This document shows, piece after piece, positions 1 to 13,349 of a stretch of 64,000 nucleotides of DNA. The DNA comes from Guillardia theta CCMP2712. Taxonomy: Eukaryota > Protista > Cryptophyta. The DNA is taken from assembly GCF_000315625.1 (NCBI RefSeq), contig NW_005434672.1, forward strand, positions 713,374 through 777,373. Reading direction: 5' to 3'. The notes under the pieces were generated by a model that was not told the DNA's origin, did not search any database, and saw only the letters and a list, made by a program, of their open reading frames with translations. Within the stretch, counting starts at the first letter, position 1. Every line of letters starts with the position of its first letter. Position numbers and translations under genes: made by a program.

Positions 1-250
1 TCTCTCTCTCTCTCTTCTCTCTCTTTCTCCCTCTCTCTTCTCTCTCTGTCTCTCTGTCTCTCGTCCTCCCTCCTTCCCTCCCTCCATCCATCCATCCATC
101 CATCCATCCATCCCCTCCCTCCCTCCCTCCCCCTCCCTCTCCCTGCCCCTCTCCCTCTCTTTCATCGTCGTCGTCGTCATCATCTTCATCATCCGATCAT
201 CATCATCGTCGTCGTTGTTGTTGTTGTCGTCGTCGTCGTCCTCGTCGTCG
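1..250. repeat. Compound microsatellite: (TC)n, (CCAT)n, (CCCT)n, (TCG/TCA/TTG)n
   Basis: Simple repeats read directly from the sequence. Confidence 0.95.
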
Positions 251-1569
251 TGGAGACTGCAGGGCGCCGTGTCTCGCCCGGGCAGCAGACTGGGCTAGCC
301 TGAGTCAGTGAGACGTGTGACAGTGCTACGGTGTGCGGCCCAAGAACTGAACCTTTGTTCAAAAATGAAATGTGCCAATTCATTGTCATAAGCAGCTCAG
401 TGTGAGAATTAAACAGGTGTCCAGTGTCCAATACTTGAATTAGTACAAATTTTACACGGCCACTGAACGTCGGATGAAAAAACTGACTCGTGTGAACTTG
501 CCATATTCTGAGCATATTTCAAGCACATTTCATGAACATTTCCAAGACATTTCGTCACAAAGGACCCCTTTCGAGAACAGCAACAGGCGGACATAGGAAC
601 TTTCAATGGAATCATGCGAGCGGACATCGGCAGCCTACTAAAACGTGCCACCGTCAGAACAGTACATCATCATGACTCCGCCGGCCACGAGAAGATCTTA
701 AGTCAGCGGTCGGCGCGGCGTACGATCGGGAGCCTCGGATAGCGGTGGCAACTTGCCAGTTGGCTTCACAGTTTCAAACATTCCTGAGCAGTTCAAGGAG
801 GCGTGCCGCGTTGAAGCTGGAGAGAAAGTTCGATCAAACAGTAAGCTCTGATAATTGATTACTCAACTGTTCACTTAAATTCTTGAGGAGAAGCGCTACC
901 ATAATAGTACAGAGAATGAGAAGGAGGGTTCCAGAAGTCGTCTACCAGCTGCACAGGAAGTTACGCGATCATTCTCGTCACCTGCAAGTCTAATGTCTCA
1001 AGTGACCACTGTCTCACCTTGCTGTCATGGTGACCGTACTTGCGCGAACATTGCTGCTTCAAGTACGACGCGTTGTCCTTAGCCATGCGGACATTCAAAA
1101 GTGACATCGCGGATGTGCTTGCAAACTGTTGGGGACTTGGATGAGAGAGAAAATAAACGTTCACTCCTGAATTGGTCACCGTCCCCAGCGTCTTGAATCT
1201 ACCCTTAATCTTCAAATCGTATTCCTGATCTTCTCTTGAGATCTTTGAACCATTCCTCCTTCCCGCTCCAGGACACAACAACCATCCTGTCTCACTCCTT
1301 TCTTGGCCTCCAATTCTGCAATCAATTCCTCCATCCATCAACACTATCAGCAAATCTTCAACCCATCTCCCTCCCAGCCGCCCTCCCAGGCCCCATCTCC
1401 TCCCCGTCCTCCGCTTCCTTCCTCCTTGTCCTTCTGGTTCGACTTATCACTCTCTCTCCCATTCTTTCAATCTCGCTGACTCACCTTTTTGTCCCAAGCG
1501 AACCCTGCCATTAGCGAAGTGTTGTCAGTTACGTTAATGTAACGGAAAAAAGCGATGAGTGTACTACTG

Positions 1570-1790
1570 GGCCCGCCGTGGCCCGCCGCAGTAGCGACGG
1601 GCCCGGTCCGACCGTCGGTCAAGTTGAGCCCGGCCCGGCCCCGGCTGGCCGGCCCCTGGGTTTGACCGTTTACTCAAAGTTAATGCTGGGTCGGGCGCGC
1701 CGGGGCCGGGCGGAGGCGGGCTCAGAGGACGGGGAACTTGAAGCGCTAACCTGGGGAAAGCGCTAACCTGGTCCTGGCAAGTTAACTTCT
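1570..1790. promoter_or_regulatory. GC-rich palindromic intergenic island upstream of the S8 protease gene
   Basis: GGCCCGGGCC-type words, TTTACTCAAAGTT at 1669-1681 and a 14-bp direct repeat (1741-1754/1758-1771). Same character as the other islands in the window; a regulatory role is inferred. Confidence 0.45.
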
Positions 1791-1972
1791 AGGGTACGGG
1801 TCTTATCCTCTGGAAGTTAACGGTCGAAGAGGGTGGGGGGGTAGGGTGGCAGAATGTAAACTTCGAGATACGACTTAAATACATTTGGTGAGGCCCCCTC
1901 TCCCTGGCCCCGCGACGTCGCACGTCCCTGCTCGAGGCGCCACTGGGACCCTGTGACTTGAAGGCTTGCGGC

Positions 1973-4900
1973 ATGGTTCTCTTCCTTCTCAAGCTCACGA
2001 GCCTTCTTCTGGCACTCTCGCTGCCTTCTTGCCTTGCAAAATCAAGTGACACGAATGATGAGTTTAGCGTCGGGAGGCTTCCCGGTCGTCCATGGCACAT
2101 ATCGAGCATGGGCGACATTGCCCTGAAGAAGGTTGTCTTCGACCGCAAGCTGAAGGGATCCAGTCACTGGCCTCCAGCCTACGACAGTTTGTACGTGGTG
2201 CGAGTACCCAACCCTGAAGCAACGGTCTCTGCCTTGCAGTCAATCGCGGCGGGCAAGTACATGCACTACTACCCTCACGACACCTACCTCATGTCGCTCG
2301 ACGTTGAGCAGGCGGAGTCTGTTGCCTCCCTCCGAGGTGTGGAGGGCGTGTTCCACATGCCGGCTGAGGCAAAGACTGCCTCTAGGGCAGCACAGGTTAG
2401 AACAAAGAGGACGACTGCGACGGTGACGTTGGACGTGCAAGTGGCGGTGACTGAGCAAACGCAAGGCTTATTCCACTCCGTGCTGGCTTCCTGGAAGCAG
2501 CATCTTGTCAAGCTTGCGTCTGGTTCCTCTCAGCCTCTCCTCCGATGGGCCAGCGTGCAAAAGGTTGTGGTGGTTGTGGATCTCGCGAAGGAGGAGGCAG
2601 TTTGGGCCTGGCTTGCCAAACAGCCGCTCGTGGTGAGCATCGAGGAGCGGCCAATCTTCATCGCTAGCAACAAGTATGCGGTAAGCCCAGACCTTCCTCC
2701 CCTGCTCTGAATGACTTCTCAATCCAGTCCAAGGCTGTGCAGTCAGAGGATGGAACGCAAAACAAGCTCTGGAGCAAGGGGCTTCGCGGCTCTGGCGAGA
2801 TTATTGGGTGTGCGGATACTGGGGTGGACTATGACAGCTGTTTCTTCCGGGATTCCACGGAGCAGGTCAAGACTTGCCAGGGCCCGGGAGCTCTTGAGAA
2901 CTGCGTGAACATGAACCATAGAAAGATCGTGTCCTACCGCTTCTTCACCAACAGCTCCACCGACGTGTCCGACAAAGTAGGTGGCCATGGTACTCACGTG
3001 GCTGGCTCGATCCTTGGAAACTCCCTCTCGAACTCAACTGGCCCCTACAATGGTGCAGCACCAGATGCAAAGCTAAGCTTCGACGACGTCTCCAACGACA
3101 TCTCCGAAGCTTTTTTTTTGCCTGACGACCTCAATACGCAACTATTCCCTCACTCGTATGCGTTGGGAGCTAAACTGCATTCCGACTCCTGGGGCTCTGA
3201 TACCCCTCAGTACACGAGTAGCTCCAAGGAGATGGATCAGTTCATGTTCGACCACGACGACTTCCTCATCCTCGTCGCTGCGGGCAATACCGGGCCAGGA
3301 GCAGGAACCATCGGCTCACCCGCCACCGGCAAGAACATCCTTGCTGTGGGCGCAGGAGGCAACACGCTTGCTGCCTACGTGGAGTTGAATGGCGCCCAAG
3401 CGGAGTATGAAGATGACTACATCCCAGGAACAAGTCGAGACAGGGCGAGAACATACCTCGCCAACTTCTCGTCCCGTGGGCCAACGCCAGACAGACGCTT
3501 CAAGCCAGACATCGTGTGTCCGGGTGACAGCATCCTGTCGGCCAGATCCGACGGCAACCTCTCCTCTTTCCAGTGCTCCATCATGGTCATGAGCGGTACC
3601 TCCATGGCCACTCCGATATGTGCAGGCGCGGCAGCCCTCGTGCGCCAGTACTTCCGTGAGGGTTTCCTCTCCTCGGGAGTTCGCAACACCTCCAATGGCA
3701 TCGCGCCCTCCGCATCCTTGATCAAGGCCGTGATGATCCATGCGGGCCAGCCCATGTGGTTCCTGGAGGAGTCGACGTGGAAGTTCCCTGCGTCACTCCC
3801 TCACTTCTCGCAAGGCTTCGGACGGGTGGTTCTCGACTCGGTCCTCTACCTGGGCCCTGAGACTCCCTTCAAGCTCAAAGTGTGGGACCGCGAGGTTGTG
3901 CAGAACCAGCGCGTCAGACACTTCTGCTTCCTCGCTGCCAGTCAGTCGTCTTACTCCCGCTTTCGCGCCACCCTCGTGTGGCCAGACCCTCCTGCTCCTG
4001 TCTGGAGCAAGCTCACGCTGATGCACAACCTCAACCTCATCGTGCAGGACCCCAGCAGAGCGCTCTTCTTCGGCAACAACCTCACTGACGGCAGCAAAGA
4101 CGAAGTAAACAATTGCGAGCAAGTGACGATCGCCAACGCTAGAGGCGGCATTTACAGGGTGATGGTGGAGGGCTACGACATCCAAGGAGGCTCACAAAAT
4201 TTCTCGCTCGTCGTCACGGGGGACGGGGAGGAGGTGGAGTGTCCGGTGCAGGCCTGCCCGGGCAACTGCTCCTCTCATGGTGCTTGCAAGCTAGGCGTCT
4301 GCTCCTGCTTCATAGGCTTCCAGGGGGAGAACTGCAGCCTCCCCGCCCCTCCCCTCGTCAATTCGTCCATCTGTCACGCCATCGCCTTCGACTCCAGCAG
4401 CCCGTACTCTGGCAGTACATTTCCTGCTGCTGTTCTCCGCCCGACCCCTGTGGTCATCCAGTTCTCATCAGACGCTGACGTCTCAGGCAAAGGCTTCCTT
4501 GCCATGTTCGGGGACCCCTCGTCCCTCCCTGCCAACGAGGGGATCAACAACCAGGCGGTCTCTCTGACGATACCTGAGGGAATTGTGACGAACAGGGAGG
4601 GCACCTATCAGAACAACTTGAACAAGGTCTGGATCCTTGCGCCTCCTCTTGCTCAGCGTGTCTACCTTAAGTTCCTCGAGCTCAACGTGGAGAAAGATGT
4701 TGTCTTCATATTCGTGTACGAGTGTACGACAGCTGATTGCACCTCATTCGTACAGTTACCTGGAAGCCCCTTCACAGGCACTGCCATTCCCGACCTCCTC
4801 GTCTCCTCCACTGGTTTCATGCAGATAACGTTTGTGTCCGACAGTGGTACAACATTCTCGGGCTTCAAAGCTGTCTTCACCTCTCACCTCCATGACTGCT

Positions 4901-5355
4901 CCAGCAGCGGGCTAGTGCAGGCAAACTTTGGCCTCTTCTCCGACGGCATCGGAACGTACAGCTCCAACATGCGCTGCGGCATCGTCATCAAGCCTGCAAC
5001 CGCCTCAAGCATGCTCGTTCGGTTCCTTGAGATGAACATGGAAAAAGTCTTCGATCGCCTGTACGTGGGACAGTGTCTTCAACTTCCTCAGACAACTGAA
5101 GCAAGTCCTGCTCCCACGACGACTCCAGCTCCGACTCAAGCTTCTGTGACTTCCCCTCCACAGAGTTCACCTGCTGCTACCAGCGGAGCTCCAACAACGA
5201 CTCCCAGCTTGGTGACTTGCTGCATCGTTGGGCTCCTACTCCTCACTGGTGTCGCCGCACCCCGATAGACCTCTACCGCCCAAGAGGCTCAGCCCCTCAC
5301 TCCTCGTCGCGGGCAACATGTCAATGATAGACCTAGCCCATGTAAAAGTTACTGA
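1973..5355 (+). CDS. Secreted subtilisin-like serine protease (S8, KP-43/TagC-like) with EGF and CUB domains and a Ser/Thr/Pro-rich tail
   Basis: Signal peptide MVLFLLKLTSLLLALSLPSCLA. Catalytic motifs ADTGVD, HGTHVAG, AAGN and GTSMATP. EGF motif CPGNCSSHGAC..CSC. CUB motifs FVSDSGTTFSGFKAVF and YSSNMRC. Phase-0 intron 2681-2727. A probable last intron 5212-5268 moves the stop to 5353-5355; if unspliced the stop is at 5268. Confidence 0.9.
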
Positions 5356-6699
5356 GAGAGCTTGCTTGGTTTCTTTCAACATCTTCCATTTCAATCCTTG
5401 AGGGGGAGGGGAGGGGGAAAGAGAGCGAGAGAGAGCGAAGATATGGAAGTTGTTCCTTCTGCGAGTAAAACTCCCAGCACTTCAAGCAGCTGACGCTGGA
5501 GGCGCTCCTGTCTGGTGCGAGGCGCATGATTCCCTTGCGGGCGCAGGTGCTCCTCGAGCCAGAGGACAGCTCCTCCTCGGACTTTGTCGAGTCGCCCGAG
5601 TAGTCTTCGCCACACTGTGACGTCGGATGCCTCCGGAGAGCTCGACGCCACTGGGATGCTCACGGCTGGTCCGAGCTCGCCTGCTTGCTCTCAACCGACG
5701 GGGTCCTTGGCTTAGCTGCGGCAGCATAATCGCCGTCACTGGCAGTCTCGGTCTCGGCTGCTGTGTAGGGTAAGGGCTAGCGTCTGGTGCTTGTTTGTGC
5801 CGGTGTACTTGTTGCCTGGCCCTCCCTACTTGTCTACGCTTCTTCACGCGAGGGCTCAGAGCAGAGTGAGAGAGAAATTTACTCGCATAAGTTAAACTTT
5901 CTCAAGCACGTAAGGTATCAGGGACAAGCTTATCAAAGCTTCTCAGGGTACTCCCAGTGGGCATGAAATGAAGGGACCCCTCACAGCTGAATTATCATGA
6001 GTTTCATCACTCACATTCATCTAGTCTTACGGTCAGGATTCATGCACGCATAGATGACTGTAGAGAATCAGACGGTTGTTGATCATGAATCACTACATCC
6101 ATCATCGAGCTCTCCGGAGGCATCCGACGTCACATCACTCGCAGAAGGTAAAATGCAGACGCCTCTCCAGGCTCCGCGACGGTCATCCTGAGCTCCACTT
6201 CTGATGCTTCCGTCGTCGGTGTCCGAGACTTCCGGCGAAGACTCCTCGGGCGACTCGACGAGGAGCTGTCCTCTGGCTCGAGGAGTGCCTACGCGCGAAA
6301 GGGAGTCATGCGCCTCGCACTAGACAGGAGCGCCTCCAGCGTAAGGCGCTGATAGGAGCAGAAGAATATCCAGAAGTTGACTCGCGGAAGATGAAAAGCC
6401 TCAAGCTTTCTTCTACTTGCGGCACTTGTTTTACCTTATGCTACCTCCTGCTTGCCTACGTGGCTTCCCGCGTGGGCTGGCAGTGCAGTTGTTTGGTACC
6501 CGCTTTTGTCGCTGTGCGCTCTGTGCCAAAAGGTCTTGCTTGTTGCTGCCTTGTTCTAAATTTAGCAGCACAGACCACCTCAGCCACCGCAACAACAGCG
6601 ACCACAACCAAGAGGGCCGAGGCAGCAGCAGCCCGCCCCTTCGTCTCAGGAGTCTGAGCCTGTTGCTCCGCCGCGACTTCTCCTGTCTCTCACCTCTGC

Positions 6700-9000
6700 T
6701 GAAGCACAAGAGAAGGTCCCTGCTGGTGCGTCGCCTGCCTTTGGAAGTGCTTCCGAGGCTCATCTCACTCAGCAAGCGCTTGCAGTACTGCAGGTGGATT
6801 TGACTGACATCCTCGACACCACTAGCCTGATCCAGGCGATCAAGCGCTACAGCTCCTTTGCGGGGACCGATGACCAAGGGTTGAGGATGCGGCAACACCT
6901 GTCACCCCTCTCTGGTCATCCTGCAGCTTTGAAGCTCTACTGCAAACATATCTTCCAAGGGGCCTTCTTGGCCGGATGCCGGATCTTCTGATTCCTGCCC
7001 TGTCAGCCATTCGTCGAGGAGGCAGATTTATTCCCCTCTCCAAGGGAGCTGATAAACCTGGTCTCCGGCCAATTGTCATCGGTTCTGCACACCGTCGACT
7101 CGCGACGAAGCTTGCGTTGGCAGGGATTCGCTCATTTCTTGACCAGCACTTCCTCTCGTCTCACCCTCGAGCGATTCAGTTCGGACTCGATCGAGATGCC
7201 ACTGTTTGAAGTTCTCGCAAACCGCGTCAGCGCTCCTGCCCCTTCACGCTCGCGGTGATGATGAGGATGTTGCCAACCCCACAGAACTGGTGAGTTTGGA
7301 TGCAAAGAACGCCTTCAATTCTAAGCCGCTCTCTTCGATGCAATCGAGGGACGTGCGAGTCGTAACTAGTTTGATGGGAGCATCAGCGAAGGTGCAAGCT
7401 TGTCATCTTCCGAGCCTCTTCGGTTGTTCGCCTCCTACCTCTCCAGCTACTATGGAGACTCCGCCGCTTTCATAAGGATCAGTCAGCTTCCGTTCAGTGT
7501 ACCTCGGGCATCTGTCCGACGGTCAGGGCGATGTCCCCTCCATCGTACTCTTCTGCCACAGCATCCACCCACTGCTCCTCCATGAGTCGCAGACCTATTC
7601 CCCTCTGTTCGAGTCTTGGCCTACGCTGACAACGTCGTCATTGTAGGGCCACTCGAGGATGCCGTTGCAGCTACGTCCGCTATGAAGAAGTACATGTTGG
7701 CCGATCTGCAGCTTGCGATTCAACCTCGCGAGTCGAAAGTTTACATTACCTCCTGGCACCAACACCCTGATCTCTCGCAGCTGAAGAAGAGCCTTAAGCG
7801 CCGTCTCAAGACTCAACTTCTTCACTTCGAGGTCGTCACTGGCGGGATTCGGATGGTTTTCATGCTAGTCAGCTCCGAGCGAAGGTCTCCACCCTCAACG
7901 AAGAGCTCTCGAAGCTCGAGCCATCTCCAGAAGCTCCGCTTCTTCCTTCAGGGGTCATCTCCGCTTCTCTCGCGAGTCCAGTCACAGATTCGTCGCTTTG
8001 ACCTCTCTGTCCACCTGGCGCTTGAGAAATACCACCGCTGGCCTTCCTCGCAGTACCTCGCCGCGCACCCCGACCTGCTAGAGTTTGCGAGGTTCAAGCG
8101 GGAGCTTCCCCACAGTCGGGGAGGGGACGAGTTCACGCCCTCTGAAGGTATACACCCCGCTGTTTACTATACCGCTATCGCGTGGTACTCTGACCAGCCC
8201 ATGTCCCGGACCTTGCCCTCTCCTCATAGCCTGGACGTTCACTGCTCGAGATCTCTCCGTGCCGCCGTGCCCAGAAGCATCCTCTGGCGACCTTCTTCGT
8301 TGAGGCGCACGACTTTGTTCATAATGCTGGAGCGATTCTCTACCGTCGTAAACTCAGAGGACCGTCGCGTGAGGACTCATGCACCGGCTGCAGATGGCGC
8401 GGGGATCCCACCTGACCCGGCTGCTGTGCCTGATGACGCAGGACGCCCCCCCGGCATATGTAGTACACATACCTGGCTTGCGCGCTCTCGTCGACTCGTC
8501 TCATGAGCACTTCATTGCTCCACCTGCGCAGCGCAATGTGACTCCTCTTGTCATGCGAGTGTTTCCTCGCCATGTGCATGCTCGCGCTGCCCTCACCGAT
8601 CAGCAGCGTGATATCCTCACCTTGCACAGCCGAAGGACGTACTCGCTCAAGTCGCAGGATAGGGTCTTGCAGTCTACCATCTTCGCTCATTTTCCTGAGC
8701 AGGACCTGAGCCACTCTCCGATGCGAGTCTCGAGCTACTATACCCTCAAGGCCTTCCCGCACCGCTATGCTCAGATGCTCGACTGCTATCTCCATGGCAT
8801 GCCGATCTGTCAGTGTCCGACGGAATTTGATGGATGTCAGCGCGAGCTCGATCCCTCCGTTGCTGCACATCATCTCCAGACCTGCAAACGCCGATCCTCC
8901 AAGCTTCCCACGGCGCATGACAACCTTACTCGTACGATTCGGTCGATGCTCAACGAAGCTGGTCTTCAGAGCGTCATCGATACAGTCGGGGATCCTCGTT
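6700..9000 (+). pseudogene. Frameshifted RT and zinc-knuckle portion of the retrotransposon ORF
   Basis: RT blocks are spread over several frames (6794-7209, 7206-7475, 7616-8506, 8379-9077). The catalytic YADD reads YADN at 7622-7633. Confidence 0.85.
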
Positions 9001-12000
9001 CTCGACGCTGTGTGCATGCAGGTTTAGCTTGTTCCTGCTTTGTTTTGCTTGAGGCACTTTTTACCTTCTGCGAGTAAAACTCAACCTCCGACTCCGATGG
9101 GGGAAACACTTCGAGCGAAATGAAGCCCCCTTAGACGCGATACCCGGAGGCAGCCGACTGACCACTGTCAGTCGAGACGGCCTGCTCCTCCGCCGCGACC
9201 TACGCTGTCCCTCACCTCTGCGAGCGAGCGCCAAAGACAGTTGGCGATTCATCAGTTCAGTGCGGGTGACCTTCATCGGGCGGTACGGGAATAAATCTGC
9301 CTCCTCGACGAATGGCTGACAGGGGGTATAAGATTTACTGGCAGGAGGTAAAAAGTGCCTCAAGCAAAACAAAGCAGGAACAAGCTGAACCGGCAGGCAC
9401 ACAGTCCACAGCGAGAAGCTGCACAAACACACACAAAACACAAGCCCGAAAAGAACCAGCACTGCTGGCACCCAGACCCGGCATCGCCAGCCCAAGCGCG
9501 AAGCCGCGCAGACAAGCAGCCGAAGGGTCAAGCAAGCAAGCAACAAGCAGCAGGAGCATGCAGGAGGAATAAAATCCCTTACTAGACGCGATACCCGGAG
9601 CGGCAGCCGACTGACCACTGTCAGTCGAGACGCCGGTCCGCTGCCGCCACAAAGCGGGCGGCCGCGGACGGAAGCCGGCGCTGCCCGGCCCGGGGGTCCG
9701 CCTGGGGCAGCGGACGGAGGGAGGCTGGACACATGAACACGGTACCGCTCGAGGTAGTCCTCCTCGCTAGCCTCGGAGTCAGCGGTAGCCAAGTCAGTGG
9801 TAGCCGCCCGTGACGGCGGCGACGCCGCGGCAATGCCCAAGGACCGGCAAGACCAGGGCAGGAATCAGAAGATCCGGCATCCGGCCAAGAAGGACCCCTT
9901 GGAGGATATGTTTGCAGTAGAGCTTCAAAGCTGCAGGATGACTGGATTTACTGGCAGAAGGTAGAAAGTGCCTCAAGCAACACAAAGCAGGAACAAGCTA
10001 AACCGGCGTGCTGATCGCCTGGATCAGGCTAGTGGTGTCGAGAATGTCAATGCAGTACTGCAAGCGCTTGCTGAGTGAGATGAGCCGCGGAAGCACTTCC
10101 AAAGGCAGGCGACGCACCAGCAGGGAACTTCTCTTGTGCTTCAGCAAGAAGATCAGCGAAAGAAGTAAGATTTACTGGCAGAAGGTAAAAAGTGCCTCAA
10201 GCAAAACAAAGCAGGAACAAGCTAAACCGGCGTGCACACAGTTCACAGCGAGAAGCGGCACAAACACACACAAAACACAAGCCCGAAAAGAACCAGCACT
10301 GCTGGCAACCGTCAGCAGACGGACCCGGCATTGCCAGAGCATGCAGGAGGAATAAAATCCCTCAGACGCGATACCCGGAAGCAGCCGACTGACCACTGTC
10401 AGTCGAGACGTCCGCTGCCGCCACAAAGCTGGCGGCCGCGGACGGAGAAAGGGCAGCCGCCGACAAGGAGCTTCTGCCAGTAAATCCTATGAGGAGCCGG
10501 CGTTGCCCGGGGGTCCGCCTGGGGCAGCGGACGGAGGGAGGCTGGACACAGGAACACGGTACCGCTCGAGGTAGTCCTCCTCGCTAGCCTCTGAGTCAGC
10601 AGAAGCCGAAACCAACACCGCCCGTGACGGCGGCGACGCCGCGGCCGAAAGATTCAGCCTTGTAGATGCCGGAGCTCAGTAGTGTCCCTCTCCAAGGGAG
10701 CTGATAAACCTGGTCTCCGGCCAATTGTCATCGGTTCCGCACACCGTCGACTCGCGACGAAGCTTGCTTTGGCAGGGATTCGCTCATTTCTTGACCAGCA
10801 CTTCCTCTCGTCTCACCCTCGAGCGATTCAGTTCGGACTCGATCGAGACGGCTCAAGCAATCAAGCAACAAGCAGCAGGAGCATGCAGGAGGAATAAAAT
10901 CCCTTAGACGCAATACCCGGTTGTTGCTTGATTGCTTGACCCTTCGGCTGCTTGTCTGCGCGGCTTCGCGCTTGGGCTGGCGATGCCGGGTCTGCTGACG
11001 GTTGCCAGCAGTGCTGGTTGTTTTCGGGCTTGTGTTTTGTATGTGTGCTTTGTTTTGCTTGAGGCACTTTTTACCTTCTGCCAGTAAATCCTATCTCTCT
11101 TGTTTGTGCAGCTTCTCGCTGTGAACTGTGTGCACGCCGGTTTAGCTTGTTCCTGCTTTGTTTTGCTTGAGGCACTTTTTACCTTCTGCCAGTAAATCCT
11201 ATCTCCCGGTGGTCCACCCTTACATTGGTAGCTCTGCCGACCTGACCAAATGGGGGGAGGTCAAGCGTCTGAGAAGATTCGCAAACATCGCGCTGCATAT
11301 GCCATGACTACTCCTCCTCGAGCGTTCATCCCTCTTGCCATCTCGACGGACGGTACCCTTGTTTGTGCAGCTTCTCGCTGTGAACTGTGTGTACGCCGGT
11401 TCAGCTTGTTCCTGCTCAGCTTTGTTTTGCTTGAGGCACTTTTTACCTTCTGCCAGTAAATCCTATAGACTTAGGGTGGTCCTTCCTGAACCAAGGAAGT
11501 TCTCGGAGCTGGTGAGGCGTCTCCCACGGTCCCTCACTGTGACGTCGGGTGCCCGGTCCGGAGAGCCTCTCGACAACACTGGGCCGGGGGTGCTTGCTGC
11601 CAGGCTGGTCCGAGCTCGCCTGCTTCCTCCCCGGCATCGGTCGGGTCACGCCGGTCCTTGGGCATTGCCGCGGCGTCGCCGCCGTCACGGGCGGCTACCG
11701 CTGACTCGGCTACCGCTGACTCGGAGGCTAGCGAGGAGGACTACCTCGAGCGGTACCGTGTTCATGTGTCCAGCCTCCCTCCGTCCGCTGCCCCAGGCGG
11801 ACCCCCGGGCAGCGCCGGCTCCTTGTCGGCGGCTGCCCTTTCTCCGTCCGCGGCCGACCGCTTTGTGGCGGCAGCGGACGTCTCGACTGACAGTGGTCAG
11901 TCGGCTGCCTCCGGGTATCGCGTCTGAGGGATTTTATTCCTCCTGCATGCTCCTGCTGCTTGTTGCTTGCTTGCTTGACCCTTCGGCTGCTTGCCTGCGC

Positions 12001-12116
12001 GGCTTCGCGCTTGGGCTGGCGATGCCGCGTCTGAGTGCCAGCAGTGCTGGTTGTTTTCGGGCTTGTGTTTTGTGTGTGATTGTGCAGCTTCTCGCTGTGC
12101 GCTGTGTGCCAGGAGG

Positions 12117-12216
12117 NNNNNNNNNNNNNNNNNNNNNNNNNNNNNNNNNNNNNNNNNNNNNNNNNNNNNNNNNNNNNNNNNNNNNNNNNNNNNNNNNNNN
12201 NNNNNNNNNNNNNNNN
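12117..12216. other. Assembly gap (100 N)
   Basis: Run of exactly 100 N inside the repeat nest. Confidence 1.
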
Positions 12217-12659
12217 GCACTTTTTACCTTCTGCCAGTAAATCCTACCCACCCCTCCTTTTTACCTTCTGCCAGTAAATCCTATACTACTCGCTGGCACC
12301 CAGACCCGGCATCGCCAGCCCAAGCGCGAAGCCGCGCAGACAAGAAGCAGCCGAAGGGTCAAGCAATCAAGCAACAAGCAGCAGGAGCATGCAGGAGGAA
12401 TAAAATCCCTTACTAGACGCGATACCCGGAGGCAGCCGACTGACCACTGTCAGTCGAGACGTCCGCTGCCGGCACAAAGCGGGCGGAGAAAGGGCAGCCG
12501 CCGACAAGGAGCCGGCGCTGCCCGGGGGTCCGCGGCTGGGGCAGCGGACGGAGGGAGGCTGGACACAGGAACTTCGGAACACGGTACCGCTCGAGGTAGT
12601 CCTCCTCCTGTTTTGCTTGAGGCACTTTTTACCTTCTGCCAGTAAATCCTACCCCCCTC

Positions 12660-13349
12660 GCTAGCCTCCGAGTCAGCGGTAGCCAAGTCAGCGGTAGCCG
12701 CCCGTGACGGCGGCGACGCCGCGGCAATGCCCAAGGACCGGCGTGACCCGACCGATGCCGGGGAGGAAGCAGGCGAGCTCGGACCAGCAGCAAGCACCCC
12801 AGTGGTGTCGAGCTCTCCGGAGGCACCCGACGTCACAGTGAGGGACGGAGACGCCTCGCCAGCTCCGCGCCGATCGTCGGGGCCACTGGAAGGGTTTTCC
12901 CCATCGGAGTCGGAGACCTCCGGCGAAGACTCCTCGGGCGACTCGACAAAGTCCGAGGAGGAGCTGTCCTCTGGCTCGAGAAGTGCTTGCGCCCGCAAGG
13001 GCGTCATGCGCCTCGCACCAGACAAGAGCGCCTCCAGCGTAAGCTGCATGGTGAGGCGCTGATAGGTGGCGGCGCGTTTGCGAGCCAAGACCTCAGCAGC
13101 AGGGCTGTCATCAGGCACGAAGTGCCGACCAAACGCCGCATCCTCAAGAGGCATCGAGCGCTGAGCAATGATGTCCGCGAGATACCAGATGAAGCGGAGG
13201 GTGTCAGGATGCAGGGTACCGTCCGTCGAGATGGCAAGAGGGATGAACGCTCGAGGAGGAGTAGTCATGGCATATGCAGCGCGATGTTTGCGGGTACCGT
13301 CCGTCGTAGTCATGGCATATGCAGCGCGATGTTTGCGAATCTTCTCCAA
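12660..13349 (-). pseudogene. Best-preserved C-terminal (RLE end plus acidic tail) segment of the retroelement ORF
   Basis: ORF 12450..13349 reads EKIRKHRAAY..FIPLAISTDGTLHPDTLRFIWYLAD..LEPEDSSSSDFVESPEE. An internal duplication of KHRAAYAMTT is present. Confidence 0.75.

Noticed and set aside
400-1353. Possible minus-strand gene fragments
   Set aside because: No recognisable motif and no consistent splice model could be built.
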